A DNA stretch of 64,000 nt. Origin: Psammoneis japonica. Its lineage: Eukaryota. A program made the translations under genes and the position numbers. Location: contig QPGO01000114.1 in assembly GCA_008632985.1 (NCBI GenBank), positions 1 through 64,000 of the forward strand. The letters are read 5' to 3'. Positions 61,353 to 64,000 of the stretch are shown here, in pieces (position 1 is the first letter of the stretch; each line of letters begins with the position of its first letter). Below the pieces are notes generated by a model. It saw nothing but the letters and a program-made list of their open reading frames with translations, was not told the origin of the DNA and searched no databases.

Positions 61353-61482
61353 TACAAATCTACTTGGGCATCGTCGGCACACCGCACAGCCATGAGGCAG
61401 CACAAGAAGTGGCTTAGCTTTCAAAACAACAACAGAAACACTCCAACACCGCAAATTCAATTTAGCAAGCGTCCTCAAAACA

Positions 61483-63114
61483 ATGTCTGACAGCGATACT
61501 AACCGCAGCAACAAGCGAGCCAACAGCGGAACGGAAGGAGATGATCATTCCAACAAGCGACAGCAACCAAGTCGCGAAGACCAAGACGCATCACAACCCA
61601 GCGATCGCGGGCGGAACAGCGAAGTAATTGATCGCTTATTTCGCATGGTGTTGGAAAGGGGTTGGGCTTGGACACTGGAGCACCATCAACGATCCCTTCA
61701 AGATGTTGAGGAGATTGTCATGATGGCCGTCAAAGCGGAAGGAAGAGCTCTGCAGTTTGCTTCCAATCGACTCAAGAATGACAAAACGATTGTCACAGCC
61801 GCCGTGCAAAAGGACCCATTCGCGCTCGAGCATGCTTCCCCAAGACTCCAAGATGATCCCGAGATTGTCCTCAAGGCTGTGGAATGTGACGGAATTGCGT
61901 TCAAACACGCTTCGGACCGACTTCGAAACGACCGAGAAACCATCAAGCGGGCTGTCCAACTCGACCGTCTAGCTTTTTACTATGCCTCGCAGGAAGTCTT
62001 GTTGGCCGATGAAGACTTTTTAGTGGAACTTGTTATTCTGTGTATTAGAGGGTCTCGCCCTCTAGAATCGGAACTGCTCACAAAGGAGATTGCCCTGAAA
62101 GTGGTCAAAAGAGACAGTGCCAACCTTTTCTACCTATCCGAGGCTTTTCAGGGTGATCGTGGATTTGTGTTGGAAGCTGTGAAACATTCTGGGTTGGCAC
62201 TCTGCGCGGCCAGCGACGCATTGAAAGTCGATCGGGAAATTGTATTCGAAGCCGTCAAGCAGGATTGGCAAGCACTCAAGCATGCCCCAGATCAATTCAA
62301 GAGTGACCGAGAGATCGTTGTAGAAGCTGTGAAACAGGACAAATTCATGTTTTTGGATGACTCCTGGAAGATGAACCGACTCATTGTGCTAGAAGCAGTG
62401 AAACGTCATGGAAATTTACTTCACAGCGCTTTGCATCCACTGAGGGCTGACCACGAGATTGTCTTGGAGGCAGTCAAATTGAACGGGACGCAACTGGCAT
62501 ACGCATCGACGGAACTTCGGGCCAATGCTGACATTGTTGTGGAAGCGGTCCGTCAAAATGGGAACGCTCTTGAGTTTGCTGCGGAGCGTCTGAGAGGCAG
62601 CCGAGATGTTGTTTTGTCTGCTGTCCAGAATGAGGGTGAGGCAATCAAATATGCCCTCGATCCGGCTCGACTTGATCCTCATGTGCTTGCCGCCACTATC
62701 CGGTCGTCCGAACGCTTCACGCTTCCGAAAGAAACCGAACGACTGCTTTCGACCGTCATTGCTGGTATTCGGTGGCAGCATCATGTCGGGGGTGGGGGAA
62801 GAGCCGTCAGTTTCCACGATGCGGCCTACGAAAACGAAGGAACCGCTGCTAGAAAGTACGCAGAACAAGTGTGGAAGCATGGCCTCTACAAAAAAATCTG
62901 GTCATTGAAGCAGAGAGTCCGAAATACAGGAGTGGATGACTACATTACGGGATCTATCCTGGAGTGTGCAGTCAAGGAAGAGTTTCACCTTGCCAATGAG
63001 CTCGTTCGTCTTTCTCCTATTTTTGCGGCGTTCGCGCACCGAGGAATCAACTGGGACGGGATTCTCTTTGCGTTGGAGATGCTCGAGGAAGGTGTGTTCT
63101 ATGTTCGATTATAA
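61483..63114 (+). CDS. DUF4116-repeat protein, 543 aa
   Basis: Intact ORF with many D.eiVl.AVkq.g.aL..As..Lr.D repeats typical of DUF4116. Confidence 0.9.
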   Translation: MSDSDTNRSNKRANSGTEGDDHSNKRQQPSREDQDASQPSDRGRNSEVIDRLFRMVLERGWAWTLEHHQRSLQDVEEIVMMAVKAEGRALQFASNRLKNDKTIVTAAVQKDPFALEHASPRLQDDPEIVLKAVECDGIAFKHASDRLRNDRETIKRAVQLDRLAFYYASQEVLLADEDFLVELVILCIRGSRPLESELLTKEIALKVVKRDSANLFYLSEAFQGDRGFVLEAVKHSGLALCAASDALKVDREIVFEAVKQDWQALKHAPDQFKSDREIVVEAVKQDKFMFLDDSWKMNRLIVLEAVKRHGNLLHSALHPLRADHEIVLEAVKLNGTQLAYASTELRANADIVVEAVRQNGNALEFAAERLRGSRDVVLSAVQNEGEAIKYALDPARLDPHVLAATIRSSERFTLPKETERLLSTVIAGIRWQHHVGGGGRAVSFHDAAYENEGTAARKYAEQVWKHGLYKKIWSLKQRVRNTGVDDYITGSILECAVKEEFHLANELVRLSPIFAAFAHRGINWDGILFALEMLEEGVFYVRL

Positions 63115-64000
63115 TGGAACAGCAGAAGTGGACGCCAGATCGTATGTGCAAGCGTCCACCGGGTTTGCCCAGGGGATGAATTGGTCATTGTATTTTTTTT
63201 CAACAAGACATTGATCATCAGGAAACCATAAGAAAGAGCATTTTGGGTAATTTATAGATTATACAATAAAGGCCAAAATATGGCGACACTACTCATTCAG
63301 TAGTAGGTACCGGTAGCACCATTTCCAGGTACTGTAGCACCATTTCCAGGGAGCAGGGAGCGACGAGTTCACCATCCATAACCCTGAAATTCGGCCCCGC
63401 CGAAAAAGTACAGAATCAGCTCCCCTGGAAGCTCATGATTTCGATGATAATATCCAAATCGCCCTCAAGAAACTTGATTTATTGATTCAATGGTGGCGAC
63501 CACTTGGGGGGCAAGACAGCTCGTCGAAGCAAGCGTAAAAATAAGTCAAGCTGGTCGTCGTGCGCGAGAGCATTGGAATGTATCAAGTGCGGAGCTCGTC
63601 GGCCTTCCACTCGACTCGACTGTGTCTGTACTACCGCATTGTCCGGCTCGTCAAAGCATTTGACAATCTCTGTCAGGTTCAGACCTTCCGTGCCTTTTTC
63701 TAACTCATCTTTGCACCGGATCACGGCCGGGATTGAACATAACACACGCGAACATAGGAAGAACAGGGTCCAACAAACACTCGCTTGCAACGAAGCCACC
63801 CATAAGAATTCCCCAAGTCTTCAAGGGAACTTTGGGCATACACGGCACCTCCAGTCTGCGAGACCAAGCCAAGAAATGACGACGCTTGCTGCGACGTCGT
63901 GTCGGAGGCTGGTTCAATACCGGGTCTGTACACCACGAGTTGCGATGGGTACTAGCCCCAGAAAGTCCTGCCACATTCTGTAGGAGCGGGCTCAAATCAA

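Noticed and set aside
63300..64000. Short direct repeat gtagcaccatttccagg x2 and ORFs at the window end
   Set aside because: No family recognised and truncated by the window edge.

Overview
Eukaryotic genomic DNA, most likely a diatom (inferred from a spliced, mitochondrial-type OTC, a bipartite plastid-targeting-like gene, diatom-style LRR and DUF4116 genes, and Plavaka/Crypton/mariner relics). Apparently intact genes: a SET-like gene (4101-5982, -), OTC (35295-36462, one intron), a putative plastid protein (37069-37941, -), an unknown ORF inside a TIR element (56945-57997) and a DUF4116-repeat gene (61483-63114). The rest is transposon relics, tandem arrays and gene fragments. The main signal is three sharply bounded domains (~8.9-33.5 kb, ~38.6-52.3 kb, ~53.6-56.6 kb) from which the dinucleotide TpA has been almost erased; one stretch of about 2,040 bp has none by my reading. 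Internal comparisons (duplicated segments, TIR pairs, target-site duplications, tandem units, conserved Tyr codons of MetH/NSUN/Vps16/tyrosine recombinase) all point to TpA->TpG/CpA, i.e. A->G in a TA context on both strands. Surviving sites are mostly YTAR, and the loss is partly uncoupled from CpG decay. This is the opposite direction to fungal RIP and suggests a repeat-associated adenine hypermutation (genome-defence-like) process. I do not know of a description of it, but I could not search the literature. All alignments and counts were done by eye; family calls rest on remembered motifs, not database searches.
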